From Alistipes sp. (GTDB lineage Bacteria; Bacteroidota; Bacteroidia; Bacteroidales; Rikenellaceae), in NCBI GenBank assembly GCA_045655685.1, contig JAZOPR010000014.1, forward strand, positions 75,471-139,470: a stretch of 64,000 bases of DNA, in the 5' to 3' direction. The notes beneath the pieces are model-generated. The model searched no databases and was not told the DNA's origin. It saw only the letters and a list, made by a program, of their open reading frames with translations. Both the position numbers and the translations under genes were made by a program. Of this stretch, positions 30,737 through 38,511 are shown piece by piece; within the stretch, counting starts at the first letter, position 1, and every line of letters begins with the position of its first letter.

Positions 30737-31879
30737 ATGCGATTTTCGGAGGTCATAGGACACAACCAAATCAAGGAACGATTGCGCCGAGCGGTCGATC
30801 AGGGACGTGTGAGCCACGCTCAACTCTTCACGGGTGAGTGCGGTGGCGGAGCGTTTGCGCTGGCATTGGCCTACGCTCAATATGTCAATTGCAGCAACCG
30901 CCACGACGGTGATTCGTGTGGCGAGTGCCCTTCGTGCCGCAAGATGGCCGAGCTGGTTCACCCCGATCTTCACTTCGTGTTTCCGGTCAATAAGCAGGGC
31001 AAAAAGTCGGGCGAGAAGATGATCAGTGGCGACTTCCTCAAACCGTGGCGCGAGATGATCGCAGCGACGGGAGCCTACTTCGACGAGGCGATGTGGAACG
31101 ATAAACTCGACCTGGGCAAGACGCTCAAACCGCTCATTTCGGTACACGATGCGGGCGAGATCATTCGCACGTTGTCGTACAAGAGCTACGAGGGTGAGTA
31201 TAAGATCGTGCTGGTGTGGCTGCCCGAGCTGATGAACAACGAGGCGGCAAACACACTGCTCAAAATCCTCGAAGAACCGTGGGACAAGACCCTCTTCCTG
31301 ATGGTCAGCAGCCAGCCCCAGCGACTGTTGTCGACCATCATCTCGCGTACGCAGGAGGTGGCCGTGCCGCGTATCGACAGCGAGGACCTGACCGCACAAC
31401 TCGTGGCTGAGAGTGGTTTGGAGCGCGAGCGTGCCGAGCAGTTGGCACGTCTGGCGTGTGGCGATCTGATCGAGGCACGTCGTTTGGTGCAAGGTGGCGA
31501 CCAGATGTCGGCGGCATCGTTCGAGATGTTCTGCACGTTGATGCGCCTGAGTTACAGCAACAAACACCTCGAACTGCTCGATTGGGCCGAGGCGTTTGCG
31601 ACGCTGACCCGCGACCGCCAGATCGCATTCTTTGGCGACTCGCTCCGACTGCTGCGCGAGAGCTATATGCTCAACGCAGGTATGGCCGAGATCAGCTACT
31701 TGTGGGCCGAGGAGGCGGCCTTCTGTTCGAAGTTCGCGCCGTTTGTGGGCAACCACAACATCGAGGCCCTCGTGGCCGAGATCGAAACCGCCCGCGGACA
31801 GATTGTTCAGAATGGCAATCCGCTGATCGTGGCGACACATTTTGCATTGGCAATCAGTAAATTAATTGTAAAACTATAA
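30737..31879 (+). CDS. holB: DNA polymerase III subunit delta-prime
   Basis: 380 aa containing HAQLFTGECGGGAFALALAYAQYVNC, the zinc module CGECPSC, HPDLHFVFP and IISRTQ (the SRC-like motif). Confidence 0.85.
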   Translation: MRFSEVIGHNQIKERLRRAVDQGRVSHAQLFTGECGGGAFALALAYAQYVNCSNRHDGDSCGECPSCRKMAELVHPDLHFVFPVNKQGKKSGEKMISGDFLKPWREMIAATGAYFDEAMWNDKLDLGKTLKPLISVHDAGEIIRTLSYKSYEGEYKIVLVWLPELMNNEAANTLLKILEEPWDKTLFLMVSSQPQRLLSTIISRTQEVAVPRIDSEDLTAQLVAESGLERERAEQLARLACGDLIEARRLVQGGDQMSAASFEMFCTLMRLSYSNKHLELLDWAEAFATLTRDRQIAFFGDSLRLLRESYMLNAGMAEISYLWAEEAAFCSKFAPFVGNHNIEALVAEIETARGQIVQNGNPLIVATHFALAISKLIVKL

Positions 31880-31906
31880 ACAAAAAACTTAAAACTTCAA
31901 CCGAAT

Positions 31907-32425
31907 ATGGCACGTGTAACTTTAATTACCGGCGGCAATCTGGGCGACGTGAAATCGCGCCTGCGCACCGCACAACGAATGATCAACGACAAGGTGGGTA
32001 TCGTACTTCGCTGCTCGCACCGTTATAAGAGCCGTCCGTGGGGTTTCTCGTCGGACGATGAGTTCTCGAATCAGGTTTTGGAGGTCGATACCGATCTGTC
32101 GGCTGACGAGGTTCTGGACGCAGTTCAGGCCATCGAGCGCGAGTTGGGTCGCGACCGCGAGGAGGAGACTCGCCTCAAAGCCGAAACGGGTGCTCACTAC
32201 TCGTCGCGTATGATCGATATCGACATTCTGTTCTATGACGATCTGGTGATCGAGTCTCCCCGACTGACCATTCCTCATCCGCTGATCGAGGAGCGCGATT
32301 TCGTGCTGGCTCCGCTGTGCGAACTGATGAAGGGCCGCAAGCACCCCGTGTCGGGCAAGACGATGGAGGAGCTGCGCGCGGAGCTGCTCTCGAAACACGA
32401 AAGTGAAGTAATTGGAAATGAATAA
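31907..32425 (+). CDS. folK: 2-amino-4-hydroxy-6-hydroxymethyldihydropteridine diphosphokinase (HPPK)
   Basis: 172 aa containing ITGGNLGD, RPWG, IDIDILFYDD and LTIPHPLIEERDFVLAPLCEL. Confidence 0.9.
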   Translation: MARVTLITGGNLGDVKSRLRTAQRMINDKVGIVLRCSHRYKSRPWGFSSDDEFSNQVLEVDTDLSADEVLDAVQAIERELGRDREEETRLKAETGAHYSSRMIDIDILFYDDLVIESPRLTIPHPLIEERDFVLAPLCELMKGRKHPVSGKTMEELRAELLSKHESEVIGNE

Positions 32426-33011
32426 ATGGTTTAGAATCATAACTTTGGCGGCTTTGGCGGTCGCCACAACGGGTTGTTTCAAGAAGGTGACAATGGATTG
32501 TCGCTACAACCTCCGACCCTACTATCAGGCCGAGTCGGGCGGTGTTGCGGTGCAGGGCGAGGGCGTGATTGCCTATGCCTTTGCGGCCGACACCACGCTG
32601 TGGACCGTGGCCTCGTATGAGGACGCGCTGAATGGTGTGCTGACCTCGAAAACGTCGGGCGAGAAGCGTTCGGACGCAATGGCGCGTGCCGAGCAGCAGG
32701 GTGAGTCGGTGGTGTTGCAGCTGACGGCTACGCCCGCAACCATCGTGGTGGTCGATACCGCGAACCGACTCTTTGCGTGGCGTATGACCGAGGTGGTGGA
32801 GAATCTGCCCGACCTCTATGTGAGCGTCACGTTCCGTCCGTGGTCGGCCAAGAAACGCTATGTCGAGGGTCCGTGGCGAATGAACAACGAGGCATATGTT
32901 GCGCCCGAGGTGCCCGAAACGCCCGATCCCGAAACGCCTGATCCCGACGAGGGTGACGAGGTCGACGGCTCGACCGAGGGGCAATACACTCCCGCCGATC
33001 CGATTGACTAA
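32412..33011 (+). CDS. Lipoprotein of unknown function with an acidic Pro-rich C-terminus
   Basis: 199 aa with the lipobox LAVATTGC. The tail reads PEVPETPDPETPDPDEGDEVDG. Overlaps the end of folK by 14 nt. Confidence 0.55.
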   Translation: MEMNKWFRIITLAALAVATTGCFKKVTMDCRYNLRPYYQAESGGVAVQGEGVIAYAFAADTTLWTVASYEDALNGVLTSKTSGEKRSDAMARAEQQGESVVLQLTATPATIVVVDTANRLFAWRMTEVVENLPDLYVSVTFRPWSAKKRYVEGPWRMNNEAYVAPEVPETPDPETPDPDEGDEVDGSTEGQYTPADPID

Positions 33012-33046
33012 CAACGAATGTAAGTAGTTAAGTATAAACTCGAAAG

Positions 33047-35098
33047 ATGACTCTTCTGAAAAAGACACTAACGCTCCGCACGGCGGCGAAAACGGCCATT
33101 TTGATGCTGTTTCTCTCGTCGATGCTGGTGCGCTGTGCCAACACCACAACCCCGCAGGGCGGTCCGCGCGACACGATTCCGCCCGTGCTGATGGTCGCTA
33201 CGCCCGAGAACCATACGACCAAGTTCGCCGCAAAGCGTATCTTCGTCGAGTTCAACGAGTATGTGCAGCTCAAAGACCAACATAAGGAGTTCTTCACTTC
33301 GCCCCGAATGAAGACCAAACCGACGCTCTCGATTCGTGGTCGCGGCGTGTTGATCGACATCAAGGATACCCTGCTCGACGATCAGACCTACGTGCTCAAT
33401 TTCGGTGCGTCGTTGCGCGACAACAACGAGGGTAACCCCCTGCACTCGTTCTCGTATGTCTTCTCGACGGGCGAGGAGATCGACTCGATGTGGATGTCGG
33501 GTTACACGGCCGACGCCCAGAAGTCGGATAGTGTGGCGAAGAGTTACATCTATTTCTATCGTGCCGATTCGCTGGCACTCGATACGTTGGTGCGTACCTC
33601 GGAGTTCGACTCGACGATGTTGCGCCGCTCGCCTGACGCCATTGCCCGTGCCGAAACCAACGGTATCTTCCTGGCTAAGAACCTCAAACCCACCGCCTAT
33701 CGCATCTATGCGTTCCAGGATAAGAACGACAACCAGATGTACGACCCCGGCACCGATCTGGTGGGTTTTGTCGAGGAGGAGCAGAACCCCGCCCAGATGC
33801 AGGAGTTTGCAATTTGGTACGACTCGCTGCGCCGCTACGTGACGGGCGAGCCGCAGCTCTATATGCGAATGTTTATGGACGGCACCTTCAAGCGACAGAT
33901 GCTGACCGCCTTCGAGCGACCCAAGAGCAACCAGGCGGTGCTGCGTTTCGGTGCGCCACGCCCGCAGATCGACAGCATTATTTTGGATAGTATCGCCGCC
34001 GAGCAGGTGATCTGGGAGTACCAGACCGAGGGTCGCGACACGATGTCGTTGTGGCTCAATGTTGCGCCCGAGCAGCTGCCCGACACCATTCGCGGTCGAA
34101 TCGTCTATATGAAGCACGACACCACCAACACCCTCAATATCACCACCGAACAGCTCCTGCTGCCGTGGCGCAAGATCGAAACCAAGGAGGAGGAGCGTGC
34201 CCGCGAACGCGAGGAGCGCGAACGCAAAAAGGCCGAGGAGGCAGGCGTGGAGTACACTCCGTCCCCCGCCAAGAATCCCTTCTCGTACCGCTTCACCACC
34301 TCGGGCGACATCAACCCCGAGCGTGGTTTGGAGTTTGAGTTCGAGTATCCGTTGGTGAAGTTGGACACCGCGTCGATAGCGCTCGCCGAGATCGACAACA
34401 AGCAGCAGACACGCAATGTGCCGATTACCCTGACGCGCGACACGACCAATATGCGTCGCTGGCGATTGATGACCAAGTGGGGCGACGGACTGAAATATAA
34501 ATTGGTGATTCCCGACTCGACCTTTGTCGATGTTGCGGGCTATGCCAACGACTCGATCGGCAAGGAGCTGACCACGATGGCGGCCGACAAGTATGCCAAA
34601 GTGATTGTCAATCTGCGTGGCAAGAGCGACTCGGCCACCTACATTCTGCAACTGACGGGCTCGGACGGCAAGAAGGTGATCGACCAGATTCGCAATGCCC
34701 GCACGGGTAAGCATACGTTCAGCTATGTGCCTGAGGGTGAATACAATGTGCGTATCGTTGAGGACGTGAACGGCAACGGTCGCTGGGATAGTGGCAACCT
34801 GATCGAGAGCCGTCAGCCCGAGCGTGTCGAGATCTATCACAACGAGCGCGACGAGGAGCTGATCGCCACCAAGATGAATTGGGACGTGGAGATCGTGGCC
34901 GATATGAATCGAATGTTTGCCCCCGTGACGATGCAGTCGTTGATTCGCCAGCTCGATGCCCGCGAGAGCGTTCGCTTGGTCAAGTTCTACGAGGAGCAGC
35001 GCAAGAAACGCGAAGAGGAGAAGCGTCGCAAAGAGGAGGGCACACGCAACAATTCGAGCAATCCGTTTGGCGGTTTCGGCTCAAACTTTAATTTCTAA
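33047..35098 (+). CDS. Ig-like (SbsA-type) domain-containing exported protein
   Basis: 683 aa with a signal peptide. The N-terminal DTIPPVLMVATPENHTTKFAAKRIFVEFNEYVQL is typical of Bacteroidota SbsA_Ig proteins. There are two K/R/E-rich helices, and the protein ends in NPFGGFGSNFNF. Confidence 0.6.
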   Translation: MTLLKKTLTLRTAAKTAILMLFLSSMLVRCANTTTPQGGPRDTIPPVLMVATPENHTTKFAAKRIFVEFNEYVQLKDQHKEFFTSPRMKTKPTLSIRGRGVLIDIKDTLLDDQTYVLNFGASLRDNNEGNPLHSFSYVFSTGEEIDSMWMSGYTADAQKSDSVAKSYIYFYRADSLALDTLVRTSEFDSTMLRRSPDAIARAETNGIFLAKNLKPTAYRIYAFQDKNDNQMYDPGTDLVGFVEEEQNPAQMQEFAIWYDSLRRYVTGEPQLYMRMFMDGTFKRQMLTAFERPKSNQAVLRFGAPRPQIDSIILDSIAAEQVIWEYQTEGRDTMSLWLNVAPEQLPDTIRGRIVYMKHDTTNTLNITTEQLLLPWRKIETKEEERAREREERERKKAEEAGVEYTPSPAKNPFSYRFTTSGDINPERGLEFEFEYPLVKLDTASIALAEIDNKQQTRNVPITLTRDTTNMRRWRLMTKWGDGLKYKLVIPDSTFVDVAGYANDSIGKELTTMAADKYAKVIVNLRGKSDSATYILQLTGSDGKKVIDQIRNARTGKHTFSYVPEGEYNVRIVEDVNGNGRWDSGNLIESRQPERVEIYHNERDEELIATKMNWDVEIVADMNRMFAPVTMQSLIRQLDARESVRLVKFYEEQRKKREEEKRRKEEGTRNNSSNPFGGFGSNFNF

Positions 35099-35102
35099 AC
35101 AG

Positions 35103-35972
35103 ATGAAACAGAGGATCATAACCATACTCACGACACTCGCGGCAGTGATGGGCTTTACGCTCACTGCCCACGCGCAGCACGTCTTTGGCGTCAAGGGCGG
35201 CTGGGGCGCATCGACGGCACGTTTCTACCCCAAGCAGGAGATGCGAATGATGTGGGGCGGATATACGGGCGGCGTCACGTGGCGTCACTACACCGCCGAG
35301 CGATTTGTCGGTGCGGTGGGTGCCGACATCGAATTTATGAAGCGCGGCTACTCGTATTACCCCTATTTCTCGTCCGAAAACCCCGAAACGAAGGCTCTGC
35401 GCTACACGCGCCACATCAACTCGGTGCTGGTGCCAATCGTTTGGCAACCACACTTTTACCTGGCCGATTTCCGCCTGCGAGTCTATATCGACCTGGCGGT
35501 GACGTTCGCCTACAACATCTCATCGACCTACGTCAATGAGTTGCAGGGCACGGCGGGCGTCTACAACTTCAAGCTGGTGCGCGACAATCGCTGGAACTAT
35601 GGTCTGGCGGGCGGTGGTGGCGTGGCCTACCTGGCGGGACGCAACGAATTTTCGATCGGTGCTCGCTACTATTTCGGCTATGGCGACATCCTGCGCAACA
35701 CCAACAAATATGCGGGCAACGCCACCGACGGCCCCGAAAACCCCTTTGCGACCACACCGCGTCGTTCGCCCATCGACAACATCTACCTGACCATCGGTTA
35801 CGGCTATCGAGTGGGCAAGGCGAGCGAGTTTGCGGCCTTCGAACGTATGCGCGAGAGTCGCGCGCGTCGTGCCGAGAAACGTCGTGCCGATGCCGAGCGT
35901 AAGGCCGCCAAAGAGGCCGCTGCGGCTGCGTCACCCCAGCGTGCCGCGCTGCAAACGGCAAAGACTAAATAG
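35103..35972 (+). CDS. Outer-membrane beta-barrel (PorT/OmpA-beta-like) protein with a charged C-terminal tail
   Basis: The start at MKQRIITILTTLAAVMGFTLTAHAQ gives a signal peptide, whereas the ORF-track start at 34956 overlaps the upstream gene. Shows beta-strand periodicity. The last 50 aa are R/K/E/A-rich. Confidence 0.6.
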   Translation: MKQRIITILTTLAAVMGFTLTAHAQHVFGVKGGWGASTARFYPKQEMRMMWGGYTGGVTWRHYTAERFVGAVGADIEFMKRGYSYYPYFSSENPETKALRYTRHINSVLVPIVWQPHFYLADFRLRVYIDLAVTFAYNISSTYVNELQGTAGVYNFKLVRDNRWNYGLAGGGGVAYLAGRNEFSIGARYYFGYGDILRNTNKYAGNATDGPENPFATTPRRSPIDNIYLTIGYGYRVGKASEFAAFERMRESRARRAEKRRADAERKAAKEAAAAASPQRAALQTAKTK

Positions 35973-35999
35973 TTGATTAACAAGCATAAAACACAATAA

Positions 36000-36341
36000 A
36001 TGGAAAGCACAAGACAAGCTAAAATGGCACGTCAGATTCAGAAGGACGTAGCCGAGATTCTGCTCAAAGAGGGCGCCTCGTTGGTGCGTGGCGTGATGGC
36101 GTCGGTGACCACCGTGCGCGTGTCGCCCGACCTGAACTATGCCAAGATCTATTTCAGCATCTTCCCCTTCGAGAAGAGCGCCGAGGTGATGCGCACGCTC
36201 GAAGAGAACAATTGGATGATCCGTCGCGCGTTGGGTCAGCGTATCCGCAACCAGGTGAAGAGCGTGCCCGAATTGCAGTTCTTCCTGGACGATTCGTTGG
36301 AGTATATCGCCAATATCGACACCCTGCTGAAAGAGGAGTAA
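36000..36341 (+). CDS. rbfA: Ribosome-binding factor A
   Basis: 113 aa containing VTTVRVSPDLNYAKIYFS and VPELQFFLDDS. Confidence 0.9.
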   Translation: MESTRQAKMARQIQKDVAEILLKEGASLVRGVMASVTTVRVSPDLNYAKIYFSIFPFEKSAEVMRTLEENNWMIRRALGQRIRNQVKSVPELQFFLDDSLEYIANIDTLLKEE

Positions 36342-36382
36342 TTGTCGCTCAATCAGCCATTTAACCCACTCAGAACGAAGCA

Positions 36383-37603
36383 ATGCTCTCGCTGCTGTTT
36401 GCCCGCCGTTATCTGTTCTCGGCCAAGTCGCACTCGGTGATCAATGTGATCTCCGCGGTGAGCGTCGTGGCTGTCGGTGTGCCCGTGGCGGCGATGATCA
36501 TTCTGATGTCGGTTTTCAACGGTTTTACGGCGCTGGTCGATGGTATGCAGTCGGCCTTCGATGCCGATTTGGAGGTGCGACCGCGCGAGGGTAAAACCTT
36601 CACGATCGAGGCTCTGCCGACCGATTCGTTGCGCTCGATAGCGGGCGTGCGAGGAGTGTCGTTTGCGCTGGAACAGAGCGCATTGGCCGAGTACGGAGGT
36701 CGCCAGGTGGTGGTCACGGTACGTGGTGTCGATCTCGATTACGGCGACGTGCTGCCGATGGACGAGTATGTCCGCACGGGCGATTTCGAACTGCGTCTGG
36801 GCGAGATCGAGCAGGCCTGCGTCGGCTCGGGCGTGGCCTACCAGCTCGGCGTGCGTACATTCCTCGACACCCCTCTGAACCTCTATTCGCCCCGCCGTGG
36901 CGAGATCTCGACCCTGCTGCCGTTCGACGCTTATAGCCACCGTCGCACGTGGCCCTCGGGCGTTTTTACGATCAGTGGCGATGTCGATAACGCATATATT
37001 CTGACCACAATCGAGCTGGCGCAATCGCTCTTCGACTACGACGGTCGAGCAACGCAACTGCTCATCGACGTGCGTAACGAAGAGTCGCTCGAACGTACCC
37101 GTGACGAGGTGCAACGAATTGTGGGTGAGGAGTTTCGGGTCGTGACTCGATTGGAACAGCAGGCCGCCCTGTACCGCATTATGAAGTACGAGAAATGGGG
37201 TATTTTCTTCATCTCGCTGCTGGTGCTGATCATCGCCTCGTTCTCGATCGTCGGCTCGCTGGCAATGCTCATCATCGACAAACGCGACAACATCGCAACG
37301 CTGCGAGCCATCGGTGCCCGTACCGAATTCGTTCGCTCGATCTTCACGGGCGAGGGCGCATTGATCGGAACCCTCGGTGCCGCGCTCGGATTGGTGATCG
37401 GCGTGGGCGTATGCTGGGCGCAACAGCAGTTCGGACTGATCGAAATGCCCGGCACGACGTTCGTGGTGAGATACTATCCCGTCGAGATGAAACTAACTGA
37501 TATATTGTTGATTATAGCGGCAATGGCGGTCGTGACGACGGCAATCACACAGCTGACCGTGCGCACGATGATCCGCCCCGCCGAAACCAAAATAGAGAAA
37601 TGA
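36383..37603 (+). CDS. FtsX-like ABC transporter permease (LolC/LolE-like)
   Basis: 406 aa. The N-terminus RRYLFSAKSHSVINVISAVSVVAVGV, a large periplasmic loop and three C-terminal TM helices give a MacB/FtsX topology. Confidence 0.8.
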   Translation: MLSLLFARRYLFSAKSHSVINVISAVSVVAVGVPVAAMIILMSVFNGFTALVDGMQSAFDADLEVRPREGKTFTIEALPTDSLRSIAGVRGVSFALEQSALAEYGGRQVVVTVRGVDLDYGDVLPMDEYVRTGDFELRLGEIEQACVGSGVAYQLGVRTFLDTPLNLYSPRRGEISTLLPFDAYSHRRTWPSGVFTISGDVDNAYILTTIELAQSLFDYDGRATQLLIDVRNEESLERTRDEVQRIVGEEFRVVTRLEQQAALYRIMKYEKWGIFFISLLVLIIASFSIVGSLAMLIIDKRDNIATLRAIGARTEFVRSIFTGEGALIGTLGAALGLVIGVGVCWAQQQFGLIEMPGTTFVVRYYPVEMKLTDILLIIAAMAVVTTAITQLTVRTMIRPAETKIEK

Positions 37604-38475
37604 AACAGATGAAAACAGTGATACGAAGCCTCGTGCTGGTTGGGTTGGTGGCCCTCGTTTCGGCCTGCAACAAACCGCGCGTGATCCCCGATGATCGCCT
37701 AGCCGAGATCTTCTACGATGTATATCTCACCAACGCCTATGTCGATCGCCACGACATCACGCTCGATAGTATGATGCTCTATGAGCCGATCTTCGAGAAG
37801 TATGGTTATACGGTTGAGGATCTGCACCTTACGATCAACAGTTTTTCGAAGCGAAAGAGCGCCCGACTGTCCGATGCCGTGGAGCTTGCGATCCAGCGCC
37901 TCGAACGCGAGTCGGACCTTCTGAATGCACAGGTGGCCGACCTCGACACGATCAACGCCATTGCTCGCCGTGCCAGCGCGCGCCGCATCTATTTCGACAC
38001 GACGATCCGTTTGCGCTCGGTGGCCGACACCGCCAAGATGAAACGCCGTATCCCCATTCCCCGCGCAGGCGAGTATCTTGTTGAGTATTACTACCGTATC
38101 GACTCGACCGACAAGAATCCGAGCCACCGCACGGTGGGTTATCTGGTCGATTCGACCGAGCGCCGCTCGAAGTTCTACACGCTGCGCTACCGCCGCCAGA
38201 CGCGCGACAAATATATCCATACGTTTATGGCCGATTCGACGGCCCGCGAGTTGGTTTTGGAGCTCTGCAACCTGAACGATAAGCCCTCGCGCCCGCACTT
38301 TACGATTGATTCACTGTCGGTTAAGTTCTATCCGTCACGCGCCGAGGCACTCGACTCGCTGACGGCCCGCAACTTCGGATTCCGTCTGCTGGTCGAGGAC
38401 TTCTACACCCCCGAACCGCCCGCCACGGCCGCCGACAGCGCGCTCTACTTCGCCCTCCCTCCCCGAATCGAGTAA
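37600..38475 (+). CDS. Lipoprotein with a DUF4296-like N-terminal domain and a C-terminal extension
   Basis: 291 aa with the lipobox LVALVSAC, followed by IPDDRLAEIFYDVYLTNAYV, typical of DUF4296. Overlaps the upstream permease stop (ATGA). Confidence 0.55.
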   Translation: MKQMKTVIRSLVLVGLVALVSACNKPRVIPDDRLAEIFYDVYLTNAYVDRHDITLDSMMLYEPIFEKYGYTVEDLHLTINSFSKRKSARLSDAVELAIQRLERESDLLNAQVADLDTINAIARRASARRIYFDTTIRLRSVADTAKMKRRIPIPRAGEYLVEYYYRIDSTDKNPSHRTVGYLVDSTERRSKFYTLRYRRQTRDKYIHTFMADSTARELVLELCNLNDKPSRPHFTIDSLSVKFYPSRAEALDSLTARNFGFRLLVEDFYTPEPPATAADSALYFALPPRIE

Positions 38476-38511
38476 GGGTACATATATTAATATTGGTGAA
38501 AATCTAAGATT

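Noticed and set aside
30416-31840. A 474-aa minus-strand ORF opposite holB. Similar long antisense ORFs occur at 33068-34840, 41406-42968, 47448-48620, 48523-49737, 49952-51358, 7525-8391, 17925-18872, 36353-37423 and 54466-55410.
   Set aside because: - Each overlaps a gene on the other strand that carries unambiguous catalytic or family motifs.
- Their own translations are R/H/Q/D-biased and lack start context.
- Several run straight through intergenic repeats.
38476-38511. A direct repeat of the tRNA-Thr 3' end (att site) at the left edge of the low-GC islet.
   Set aside because: Reading the boundary sequence (CCCCGAATCGAGTAAGGGTACATATATTAATATTGGTGAAAATCTAAGATT) shows no match of 8 nt or more to the tRNA 3' segment. 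No att site is claimed.
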